A stretch of 64,000 nt of DNA, from positions 1,872,310 through 1,936,309 of the forward strand of contig NW_002060953.1 in NCBI RefSeq assembly GCF_000150275.1, written 5' to 3'. Of this stretch, positions 1-13,400 are shown one piece after another. The stretch is from Trichoplax adhaerens. Lineage: Eukaryota > Animalia > Placozoa. Both the position numbers and the translations under genes were made by a program. The notes under the pieces were generated by a model. That model had not been told where the DNA came from and ran no database searches. It was given only the letters and a program-made list of their open reading frames with translations. Each line of letters starts with the position of its first letter. The stretch's first letter is position 1.

Positions 1-2118
1 CGTCTCCTTCTACATTAATGCTAGGAAAACTTGATTGCAGAAACTGAGAGTACTGCTGGAATGCATTCCGGTAACCTCAGGAAGCACTATCCATTGCAAA
101 TCGTTGATATCATTGGAACAGATGGTAAAAAAGGAGAAAAAAATAAGATTTTTGTCCTATACGCCGAAATGATATCGTTCATCACATCAAATTTACAATC
201 TCTTACATAACTTTATGTCAATTTATTACTTTAACGAAAAGACGTAGTGGTTACATTACGTCATTTCAAACAGTACATCCTAGAGGAATTATTGTAGAAA
301 TTTTTAACACTGTTGGCAGCTATTTGATCCATAAGTCGAGAAATATGGATAATTATTATATTAATGTTATCATCTATTGCTCACTAATAATCAAAACACT
401 AGGCATACACACAACAATAGGCAATTATTCAGTATTCATTAAACCATTGGTAAATTTCATGTCTATTTCCAAGATATCTATTAGAAAATCATGCTCACTC
501 AAGGCTTACGCTAAATCCCCTCCAATCGATATTTCGTTTTATTTTATACAAGAACATCTATCAGTCATAAAACTTTCAATTTCATCAATAGTAGAGTAAT
601 CCATGGGAAAATATTGGGTTCTAGGATCCTACTTGTATTGTGACGACAAGTACAGTCTGAGGAATTAATTTGAATTCTATTTGATCAGCTCTCGCTTGAA
701 CGTTGCTATAACTATTCTATTGCTGCATGATGACAGGTGCTTTCAACTGTAGCCTACTGTATATTTAGGGTATTTATCTCTATCTGGAGCCAATTTCATT
801 TCTGCACTCTAAAAATGTGATTATAATCATGACAAAAGTCTAACGTGGCTAGACGGCGTATTATTAAAGGCTTAAATGAATAAGACGGCGGGCAACGATA
901 TTATTCCACACCTAGAATAACGACACTGAAAGCAGGCTTTTGTTGGTATTGTAGTCTAACACTTTAATTAAGGGGAAAGAAGTGGCAAGTAGTAAAGGCC
1001 AGATATCAATTTATCAAGATTGCGGTAAATCTTTTCAGGCGTAGAATTCAATCTTGAGATTGTTGATGACTTGAGCCAATACGTTAACCTTGTATTTCAA
1101 TTCATTCTAATGTTGGGCAAAGTCGAAGTAGACTGTTTACTCAATTATTCTATTGAGAGTAGGCTGTTAAAAAAGTAACCTAAGCAAAGAGGAAAAACTC
1201 TTTCTTTAGAACTACCCTTTGGAGTTGAATGCTTACTCTCGCCAAGTCTCTCGAGCACTAGCTGTAGTCGGTATGGTATAGGTTGACAAGATTTTTCTCC
1301 ATCCTCTGTCCACTATCCAATAAACTACCCCCATATGTGTCAAGTTCAATAACAATTAAATTGTTCTATTGCGTGTAACCATCCAATTTACGTCTCATGA
1401 TTGGGTCTATCTCCCGTGAATATCTAAAAAAGAATACTGCATCATCCATGCTGACTAAAGAGTGAATAGATACAAACTATCTATCCTGTAATTCATTGAC
1501 AAGGCCTTGGTTGTCCCTCCATATTCCCCTGTCACAATGTCATCACTCACAACACGTTCGCTGGATATCTCCTACTATAAGATAGGATAGTACGATAAAA
1601 TGGAAAAAGTTCAGCTTTGAACTACTGTAATTCATTGAAAAGGCCTTGGTTATCCTCAATATTGCCCTGTTCCAATACGCGTGTCATCACTATTTCTCTT
1701 GCAAAACGTTCACAGGAAATCTCCTACCATGGGATAGGATAGTACGATACAGTGGAAAAATTTCAGCTTTGAACTACTAGGACAAAAAATAGAGCCGATA
1801 TTCATGCCATGAGTAGTGCAATGGATTTTTGATTTTTTTTATTACCACAAAAAATGGAAAAGTCCCTGGCAGCGCTTATGAAAGAGTCAATGAAAATTCT
1901 GGACAGGCTCTTTGAAAATTGTGGCAAAAATGACTCAAACAGGCATCTATGAACGACTTTTTCTTAGCTAAAACTTACCAGTATAAGATTTTAATGGTAG
2001 GTCCAACCAGTGAATGATGTCTTAACGTACTTTTCCTATCCAAAGTGTCCTGGCTTGCTACTATCGAGCAGCAAAGGATTAACATGGCGATCCATCTCGC
2101 TGGTCGTGCCATCGCCAT
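1..2118 (-). CDS. SELENOT: Selenoprotein T, 5' part (exon 1 2118-1979; exon 2 86-<1; runs off the window)
   Basis: Exon 1 reads MAMARPARWIAMLILCCSIVASQDTLDRKSTLRHHSLVGPTIKILY-TG|gtaag (signal peptide, then GPTIKILY). The acceptor gatag at 90-87 is followed by T-GCT-TCC-TGA-GGT-TAC, giving C-A-S-U-G-Y-RNAFQQYSQFLQSSFPSINVEGD. This matches the SelT signature GPLLKFQICVSUGYRRVFEEY...YPDIRIEGEN (thioredoxin-like CxxU). In-frame TGA at 79-77. Confidence 0.93.
1486..1778. repeat. Two-copy tandem duplication (~140-155 bp) inside SELENOT intron 1
   Basis: ctgtaattcattga.aaggccttggtt...gataggatagtacgata.a.tggaaaaa.ttcagctttgaactac occurs from 1486 and again from 1625. Confidence 0.9.
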
Positions 2119-4412
2119 GGCGAATCAGTGAAAATTGTCTTTGAAGATTGACTGGGGAGAGTAGAGTACCAAGACTAAATGGCGTTTACTGCGAAGGCTG
2201 ACTACTCAAACAGGTTCGTTGGTTGGGTTGCATTGTATGAATTTTCTGCAAGCCTATTTTCATTACTAAGACTTCACATTGCCTACAGTGCATAGGCATT
2301 GTTGGTACTGTACACTCAGCAGTATAGGTAGGCACCCTGTACAAAATGAATGTCACCCTTTGGTGATACACATAGCACAAGCTTTGGTTAAGGTACAACT
2401 ACGGTAAAACAAAAGTGATAGACCAAGCTGAAAATGGCCGCTACCCAAATCACGATTTCATCAAAAGAAAAATGAGTTGCTTTCATTTCGATTATGTCTA
2501 GTGGATAGGGATGTTTCATTGAGTTAAAATCGCTCTTAACAACATCGTCTTTGTCATGAAGAACGAACTTTTTCCATTGGAACTGTATGAATGAAACACA
2601 TGGTGGCTCTGTAATCCTGAGCAAGACCTATTGTCAGTTAAAGGATACGCCAATATCTTGATAGTTTAATTTGGCATAGCTCCGTCATCTCCTTTCATCC
2701 TTTCAACTTTTATCGATCCATTGGTAGCTTTTCAACCGTTCCTCCAGTATTGGCCTACTGAATGGATTGACCAGTAAATAATGACACGATTTAAAGTAGA
2801 GAGCGACTACTCTACCTTCATCTTCCATGTTATAATTTGATACTGGTAGGATACTTTGCCACACCGGCCTCCATTGCTAGCGAAATAAATGTCACCTTAT
2901 TGACGCACTAGTGGCAATTCTTCGTATACTGTACTATCAATCTATCTATGATGAGGGTGACGTCCATTTTTTTATATTGCCTACAGTACTTTTGTCACTT
3001 ACAGTATTTAAAGAAAATAATATCGCCTCAGTACTGTACTGTATACTGTACTATAGGAGAGATGGATGTGGTGGAGTAAAGGTCGTACTGTAGCTACAGT
3101 GCAAAACTCATGACACTATCGTGCAAAACTCAAGGTGCTTACATTATTTTTAAAATAAAATACTGTGATATGGTGCCAGAATATGCTGGACTGTACTTCG
3201 CCATGGATAACTAGCCTGTCTGTATACAGTAGCTTTCTTCTAGCACTGTAGTCACACGGTACCCAAAAGTGGCGATAGATAATCGATACAGTCCTGTAGT
3301 GTAAAGCTCCTGTATGGCAAGCAAATAAGAATTTCAATTTGAAATGCTACTATACGTATACCCTCATTTACATGATCTACACTAGAGAGTAGAGACCTTA
3401 AGCTTAGCAGTAATCGATACCCTTTAATGATATGCTGAGTGCATGTACCATGGTGCATACTGTCATCACAACTTGCAAAGGGATCGGCTAATAGTCAATC
3501 GTCCACAGACTATCAATACTACTGTACAGTGCAGGCGGTAAGAAAGGCATTACTATCAATTTGATTATGGCAATAGCATCACCAAACATAAATGTAAAGA
3601 CAACAATGAAAATGATCCATCATCACCAAGTCAAATAGTCCAACAAAGCCAGAGTAATTACGTCTGCCAATAAACGTACCTTCAAATGTGTAAAAGTATT
3701 GATTCCAATTGTTGAATCAGTACTGTATAATCGTTGTTGCTTACTATTTTTAATACATTTTTTTTTCAGCCTTACATTAAATTAGTGCAAAAACGTTGGG
3801 AGAACAAAATGAAGATGAAAATGCTTCAATTATTCCAACGACGCACTTGAATAAAGACTTATTGTAGGATAACGATTTGTTACTGCAGTATAGACTGTTC
3901 TATAGCTACCTAACTGATAATTTACCATGGTAACCCAATTTTCAAAAAATCTACATAGGTATATCACATTACATGTTGAAAATAATAATGTTATATTCAA
4001 ATAGATTGTCGAATCCAAACCAATAAAATCAAGATGATATAATAATAAAATTTTCATGTACCTAATGATAACAATTTTTCCTTATACTGTAACACCGTAA
4101 CAAAAATCAACAAATACATACTCGCTAAATGATATTCCGCAATTAATATATCTTTTATACAGTGACACAAAAATTGTTTTTATAACATCATGTAACCACA
4201 AATGTAATTAGTAGTATTACTAAGGTATCTAGCAACTAAAATTCAGTTAGGCATTTACAATGCAAATTGTTAACGTCTCTAGGCCGATCTTCTTCGTTAT
4301 TGATAACAATAAATGAATTGACGGTTTAGCCTCTTGCAAGAATTTCTATTATTATACACCATATAGTTATTTATTTCATGTTGCCATATAGAAAGAACTA
4401 CTGTATCCTGCA

Positions 4413-7400
4413 TTAATTTCCTAAATTTCTCCTTGAGCCTCTATTTTCTTCATCAGAATTTTCGTGCCGCGTCGATTCGCTAGCAGCAAGATTATCGTCA
4501 GATTCCGGAAAGTAACGATTAGGGGCTGCGTGATAGCGTTTGTTACGCTCATTTTGAGCGTTAAGTTCATCGATTTCTTCAATATCATCATATTCACCCT
4601 ATGGAAGACATCTATATTCAGTTATTGATATCATTGTCTATTGCATAAACACTCTAATACACAGCTACGTTGTCAATTGCACAACCCCATTGATATACTA
4701 GTATCTCACCTCATCGACTAATTCCAAAGCTTTCGCGTAAACAACACGTGCACTATTAGATCGTTCCAAAAGTGATCTAAAGCATAACAGAGTAATTCAA
4801 GTCGATTATTTTATTACTGATCATATACTTAAAATGGTTAACTCATCTTACCCAGCCGAAGTTTCGTTCGATTGTGCAGGGGGAGACCAATTTGTATAAC
4901 CATAGCCGCTACCGGTAGGATAGGTATTCTAATGTCATAAATACAAGAATTTTATTTATATCGATTCTACCATAGAAGCTTGACGTAAACTGTAATGATA
5001 AATACAGTATATCAAAGAAAGATACTGCCGTCCTACATACCCTATCCAATTCGTCTCCTAGCCAGTTAACTGCTTCAGTCCACTTTTGCTTCCAAACATG
5101 ATTATCTTGAAATAATTCCAATGCCACTCTATAGCTGTCGTTAATTAAAAATTCTTTAAGCAACTTCTGTCATCTTACCCTAATCCCAAATTGATGGCAC
5201 GATTTCATGTACGTATGTTTACAAATGCTTATCTCACCTAGGAATAAATGATACAAGGAATTTCATACACAAATATGAGCGCTTTTGATGACGACCACGA
5301 GAGTTGATAATGATATCAAAGATACCAAGTCGTTCATCGGAAATACCTATAGGAAATTAAAGATATATTAAATTGTTATAAATATAATATAGCGACATAA
5401 AGGCATCGAGCTCAACTAGAACCTTGCATAGCTAGGTGTATACGCTGTTGTTGCCAAGAATCTTCTATGGTCAACACACTAACAAATAAATCTATGTAAG
5501 GCTTTAAACGATCCCCAGACGGAGCGTGCTGGATCTATTTCGGATAGATCAAGAATTAGCTCTAAGATTAATCTGACGACATCTATCTATAATAACTGTA
5601 ATATCTGAAATTGAGGTGAAATTTAAGCGTGCATTACTACTAATGAATATTAAACACATACATAATAGAGCAGCTTGGAAACAATCAGCCTCGAGAAATG
5701 CTCATTTTCCCAAGAACAAAACTGAAACGATAAAAAGCGATAATAAATCAGATTCCCTAGTAAACATGGCAGTATTACAGTATATGTTATCAATTTGCAA
5801 AAATGTGCTCTAATTTTGAAACCAGAATACCTCGATCAACTTGGCGGTTTCTTCATTTCCAGGATATTCTTCCAAGATCTTCTTCAAATATCTACAAAAA
5901 AAATAGCAAAAATACTTTAACATCAGTGGGAGACAAATATAGCGTATCAATGCAAGTAACAATTAAAACAAATTTTCATATATCCTCACATTTTTCTGAT
6001 AAATAACAACATTTCTACTTCTCGAGGTAACGGTAGAATCCATTTTTTATGATCATGTGGTGAGAGCTCGGTATATGGGTTTTCTCCATAATTGCCAGGC
6101 TAAAATTGCATCAGTAATCACGGAAAGTAATTCAGTATTTTATCACAACTTAATGAAACTTGACAATTAAAACGAATAGACTTTACTAAAAAACGTACCA
6201 TGGTTTCACATTGTTTTTCTTTATTGGATATATCACAGCTGCGAATAAGTATCGAAGTAACTGCATGTAGTTTACTAAGATCCTGAGATTGGTATCTCAA
6301 TACCGATCCCGTATTTTCGTCCGAACTTAAGTTCATAAAGACATCTGCAACGCCTAAGCGTAGCAGTTGAATTCTCTATAATACGTAATAGCAACATTAT
6401 TTAAAGTTAGTAAGTGGCAAAAAATATACAAATTAACAACCAACAATTATTGGAAAAGTAATGCTATTTATTAACCTGGCCCATTCCAAAATTAGCATAC
6501 ATTAAAAACAACTGAAAATACTGTTGATAATATCGGCCATGTTCAGGCAAATCTCTATTAATTAGCGATAAAACTGCCTTAAGAATGTTATCACTAATAG
6601 AATGCGTATATTCGGTCTCCTCGTCATCTAAATAAGACATAAATGGAAATATTTTAATTAGCATTGTGTACATAAACTACTAAAAAAAACTACTTCAGTT
6701 AATGCTGTATTTGCCTCTTTTACATACCATTATCCGCTGATGATAATCTCAAAGGTGATGTCGGTGTTTCTATCAATGTCAGATGGCATAGTGTAACAAT
6801 AATTTTGGCAAATGTGTACCGCATCTATAAAATTGAATGCACTAAATTAATTTCCATGTATAAAAATTGTCGAGGATCAGTTGAATTAGGCTGATAATAA
6901 TTAACACAGAACCTCCCCAACTGGACATTCCAATAGATATTCTGTAAATCTTTGAGGATGCGCAAATAGCACATTCCGTGCAAACCATATTCTTGCATTT
7001 CTACTATGGCGAAATATTAACGCAATAGCATCGTACCAGTCGTTATATGAACCCCTAAATAAGGCAATATACAAAAACTATTGATCAAGCATGCACACCA
7101 CTTAAACCATCAAACAATATCAGAGCCATACCTAATGCCCTTTTTCGTTCTAAATCCTATACTAAATAAAAATTTACTAGCCATCTCGATACTTAAAACA
7201 CCAAATTCTTCCAGATCAGGTGGCTACAAATAATTAAATATTCATTAACAAAGTATTAACAAAGTTGAGAATTGTTGTGTATAAATGTAGTAAAGTTAGA
7301 AATCTTCAAGTTTACTCTTATACAACTCTACCGTACTACTTACTTGATTATCCCGGCTAAGGTGCTGAAAGTTGGCAATTATTAGCTTACGAATGAATTG

Positions 7401-10400
7401 AAAGTATTCGTAGCTATAATGCATTTGTTCGTGCAAAAAATAGATATTTTGTCGAATGACGGCACCGTGAATTTGTTTAGGTATATTTACAGCTTGCTGG
7501 AAACCATCTACAATGTTAGCACAACAAGAACTCTAAACAAATGGATCATGCTATTGACTCTGAAAACTCTGTAGTTTTTTGAAAGTAACAGCTTACGCAT
7601 ATTTCCATCATTATCTACAATGTCTTTTCTTTCATAAAAAAGGATATAGGAATTCCACCATCTTTTTTGACGTCGGAATGACATTCTGTGTAGATAAGAT
7701 AATTGAAAAATATTATACACGTATATTAGTAAAGAAAGTAATCCCTTACGAAGACAGAAATATTCCATCAATATTACCTTTTTACTACTTGATCATATAC
7801 CTCACCCATGTATTCACCACCAAAACACTGAGATTTCAATTCCTTAATTGATGTATACGCGAAGCAACATAAGTAATCAATACTACCGCTATTAAAATAA
7901 GGTATTGATAGAGAATACCTCGTCGTCGTCCATCCTACATTCTGTAACATCTCCGTCATCAAATTTAAACCACTGACCACCATTACCATCTTCACCCCTA
8001 TATTCAATTCATCCTTAAATACATACTTCCAATACAGATAATAATTTATAGAATTTTTAAACTACCTTTTTATTATATAAGAATAATAGTGACCACCATT
8101 AGCTTGACCACTGTGTACAATCATGCCAACTAGCCGGTACTGAGTAACTGGAGAGTCTTCACTATCAGTTTCGATATCTTCTATGCTTTCATCTAAAATG
8201 GGCATATTTATAATGCGCTGTTATCAGAGTAAACTAATTATTAGCACTCCATGCTTTAAAATATCGAAAACGATACGTTACCTTCAATTTTAGCCAGTCC
8301 AGCCACAGTAAATGGCTCCATATCGAATTCACGTGGAAACTCAAAATAATCGTTAAATTTTACAGCGCAATCCCTTCGAAACAATGTGATATGCAGTTTA
8401 TTATATTATTGTTGTTATCGTTAAAGCCAAGAAATAGAAACGATAATACCTTTCCCAGTCGTAATCAAATCTTTTCAACTGAATTGCCAAAATCTTTGGT
8501 AACTTTTTAATACACATCCTCTTCACGGTGTCAACCTTATTTAAGATCGAGTGAAGGCTGCTTATTATAACATTCAATACTCGATACTACTACTAAATTT
8601 AGCATGATCTAATGCATGAATATTTCGAGAAATATCAAAACATACCTTTTTATCGCATCTTTCACAATAATATGCATTAACGCCTTCGAGCAAATCTCCT
8701 TTAACATATTGCTCTAAAGATTCAACCATGTTCTGATGGTTACGAATATCAACGCTGATTGCGGTGAAAGATTCATCTCGCGAATAACGGTGAGGGCAAC
8801 CCTTACAGATCTTTTGATCAGCAAATGTACCACCAAAAACATGCGACAAAAATGGCGGAAAACCTTGATCTTTCAATGCTTCATCCAGTGTATCCACTAA
8901 ACTATTAAAGAATTCGTAAGCGTCCTGTTGTTCTCTTAAATTAACTGGATTACCTTGAAGACTATCGAAGAAAAGCCCAAAAAAATTAATTAATAATTAT
9001 TCTAACAATCCGCAAATGCAGCAGTAAAAATTACAAACCGAAACATTTTCCAGAAACCACGAGGGATATAGTATTGTAAAAGACTTTCGGTTAAATGCGC
9101 AAATATACTCTGTACTTGCTTTAACAAACATAAATTATATTCTTTTATCGGCATATCTTTTCTACTATCTTGAAACCTCTGCCGATCTTCCCGGATATAG
9201 GGGTCAATATTCAACTGCAGGAGAATAAAACCATCCATCGAATGACCCACTGTATCAGTACTATCAATCCAATTGAAACAATACTCTTACCTCGATATCG
9301 CCTCCCTTATCAGAACCGTCGTAAGCGTCTACCTCTTCTTTTTCAAAACTTGTCTGAACGTTTAGGACACTTTTACATACCTCCGGTATCATAAATAGCT
9401 GAAAGTATACTTGGCATATTTAGGAACTGCATTTGAGTACAATAAGAAAATAATATAAGCAAAACAAACCTGCTGTAGCACAGAATTCATATAGCATGTA
9501 GCACCACCATTTTTTAGTCCAACATAACCATTAGAAGGTCTACATCCAACGGTAGGAGAATACTCCCAGACATCCAAAGCATTAGAAATTTCCGCTAATC
9601 AAAATTTTGATAATATTAGAATCAATAGTTCTAATAATGAATTAATCCAATTTTATTCCATTTATAGATAAATACTTACGGTAATTAAACAATTCAGATA
9701 AAATATTGCATACAAGGTGGAAGTTCGATATTGAACCGACACAGAATGCGACTAATAGATCCATTGCGGCATTAGTAGTAATAGGGGTATGACAAATTCG
9801 CTTCACCTGTTTCCAATTTATGTCGTCTATATTGTAAATACATGAATTTAAAGAATGATCTCCAATGATATATAAAGCAATAAAGGTTAACCATGTAGAC
9901 ATGTATTACATATACCGATCGTTCCTTAAGGAGTAAATTTTATTCAAAACTTTACTTATACGCGACGCTTTATCATCTCACCTTTCTTGGATCCAATATC
10001 ATGTAGCAACTTCGAAGCAGGAAACAAAAATTGGTACATGAGTTCCTAAAAATGACATATTTAAAATTAGTAATACTATTTCAGAATGACAAGCCAACTA
10101 ATGATATCTTTCGTATCACCTCTATGAAACTAATGTTGTCATATTTGCAGCCAATGTACGATTTCTTTTGACCGGAGATAAAGGATAAGAGCTCTTTGGT
10201 GACGCTTAGATGGCCGTCTAGTAATATTTGATCAATGTCACCAAGCACGTTATTCTTTTTAAATTTCTCCTGAAAGGGACAGCGAAATATCATTAATATG
10301 ATTATAAATAATCATAAATAGCCGAATTAGAAAATCACACCTTTATATTTCGTAACCAACTAATTTCATTAAGAAGCAAGTTCTCCGCTTTAGAAACTGG

Positions 10401-13400
10401 GACCTTGGTTACATGGCCGTAATTTAACAGCCTACAACAAGTAATATCATAATCACACACGCAATCATAGATCGTAATAGGCTTCACTTTCACTGGCAAT
10501 TAGAGAAATTGAATGTTTACTAAATAGCACATTACATTGTATATACCTGCATGAAAGCAAAAAGTATTCTCCAGAAAACAGCGCAAATTCTTCTACAGCA
10601 GTCTAAAAAATAGCATACAGTGATTATACCAACTAAAGATTACATACTCTGTAAATAATGGTGTTTAATATAAATCATATTATCTGAGTGAAGTCATACC
10701 GTTAAAATTGAAAAAAATAGTTCTAGAAAATGTAAGAGACATCTATTTCCAGGGCTACACTTAGTAGCGATCGTTAAAAACTGCTCAGCAGCACAAATTC
10801 GAACAGACCTAAATAAAACAGTAAATGTTGAAAGCATTTTGGCTAACAGTTAGCCTTAGTAGTGCATAGATACGAATGCATGTTTAGCGCATAATAATAG
10901 TGACCTGTTTCTGCATACTAACAACACGTCTACGATAAACAGCTGCCATGACTTTTCACGACTAAGTGTATCCAAAATTGAAGGACACAGCGCCAAGGAT
11001 ACACCTAAAACCTGTAGAAGAGTAAACGGAATCATTGTAAAAAGTATAACCAAAACAAGAGCGTTACATATTTCTACAAATACCTCAAGGGCTTCCATTG
11101 CAACAGGACCTTCGTCAATACACGATGTAACCGTCGAGGTCTAAAATAGTTTACCATTTATAATTAATCTTTATTATAGCTGATCAAAAATTAATATTAT
11201 TTTCTTAGCGTAAAGATGACAGAATTTCTTTTACCTTTCCATGACGGAAAGCCTTCTGTAATTCGTCGATAGAGATATTGATGCAAGACAGGAGACCGCC
11301 AGCGGAAGTCCAAGCAATCTTGATGAAAAGCCGTATGTCTTCAATACTAGGCATGTACCTTGTAGCCTAAGTATAAATTGATGTATGAATTGATATCACT
11401 TTATACACTTATTACACGTAAATATTTTTATTTGTACCTTCTCTTTCATAATTTTCCCCATTTTTGCGGCGATATTTATTAACATAAACTCAGATTGAGG
11501 ACATGGAACTGTCTGCAAAGCTTGTTGTAAAACTAGAGCAGCCGAGTGTGCAGCAGGCGTAACAGATGAATTTCCATTTTCACGAACAGCATCAGCAACG
11601 ATTGCAACCTGGGCATGACCAGTTACGGTCAGCAAAAATTTTCCTATTTTCAAACACAGATGGCATAATTGCCTATAAAAAAAAAAAATATTAAAAAGAT
11701 ACAAATCCACGCGTATTTTTCCTTTACCATTTATATATTTTACCTCTGTATCATTCTATTACACGATTGCTCAGATATATTTTGCCGAAGAAAGCTAAAA
11801 ATATAGCTTAAACCACCAGATTTAATAAAGGATTTCTAGATCAACAAACAAAATGCATAAATATGATATATCAACTGGGTTGTCTAAAATTTAGGCTGCT
11901 TAACATAGGACAGTACTGAAATTTAAATAGTACAGAATACTTTATTGATCTTAACCTGAAAATTTTCAGTGCTTTCACTTTGTGGTAAAAAAGCAGGCAT
12001 CAACATAGCGTAAATTACCTGCAGTAAAACACAGAAGATGAATATTTTTATTAATATCACAAATTTGCAGATAAAATGCCTACCTCTAACGAATACAGAC
12101 TGCGTAGAGAAACGGTCTCCCCAAGTTGGTTTTTCAACATTCCTCCGTCATGAACTTCATCATACTGTTCAACTATACCTTTACACACCGTTTCTACGTT
12201 CTTTGTAATAAAATTTGCTATATCGCAAATATAGAGATAATTAGTAAATAGAATATGAAATAATGCACCAGAAATACACAATGTAACTTGCGCACATGCC
12301 ATCAAATCATAGCATCTTATGGGCAACCTACCTGAGGGTAATCGTTGCAGCAAATCATAGACACCATTTACTATGCCATCGGTTGCTTCGAAAATAGCAC
12401 CCACATCAGCCAGGTCGAACAAAAATTTAACATGGTTTTCCATTCCAGCAAATACCTAACACCATAAAATAGTTAACGATAAAAAGACAGTACTCATATA
12501 ATAATCAATTTGCTATAAATGACAAACCACTCCTGGTAGGCATTTTTCTGCATCAATATTTGGGCCATCATAATGCCCATTAGGATAGCCAGAAGAAGAT
12601 TCTGAAGAACTGTCTGGCGACGACGGTACAGAATTAATTCCTTGATTTACTTTCGCATATATGATCTAAGCATGAGCAGTTAATGAAAATTACTTAATAA
12701 GTCATTAACGCGAGTGATGATGTACTGTATGTATAAACAGTAGAGGACTGAAACTAAGAGAGTATTTTTGCTTACCGATCTATCACGTATTGGCATATCA
12801 CAAACCAATTTGTTATCATCAGCCGGATTTAAAATTTCATTATTTACATATAAATCCGTACGATTATTACCACAAGACCTTAACCTAACATACAATATTA
12901 GCCATTTGCGTTATGTCCTTTCCAGTCGTAATAAAGAAGCTAAAAATGTTATCAATACATAGAAACGAAATCTTCACCTATTTAAAATACGTCGGCGAAG
13001 GGTTCCTACGGACTCGTTAGAATGAGTGTAAAAGTCACTATCTTCTACACCTCTAAGATGATTTGGCAGCCTAATCTGAAGGGTTATGTGCTTACCGCGA
13101 CAAGCTCTATCACCGTAACAACGATTTTATCCATTATTGCTAAGATCGGTATAATTATATCAATATTTTCAATATACATTTTATATTTACCTCCCATGCG
13201 GTAAGATTGTCCTATCTCCAGAAAATTCATCATCACAGTCTGCAAAGTAATCCTTTATTACTTTCAGGACTCTAACGTTACGAGTAGCTTCTCTGACAAT
13301 CATGTCTTGACTTTCGGTGGAACTACTTTCGGTCATAGCAAAAGACCTTAAATTGTTGCATGACACTTGCAAGCGTTTCATGCAAGTCTCTATAAATTCG

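Noticed and set aside
8574-9577. USP24 as alternative identity ([15 protein letters not shown] resemble USP24)
   Set aside because: The N-terminal [19 protein letters not shown] and C-terminal WLGDEL/NWSPP.QSNETS motifs are USP9X-type.
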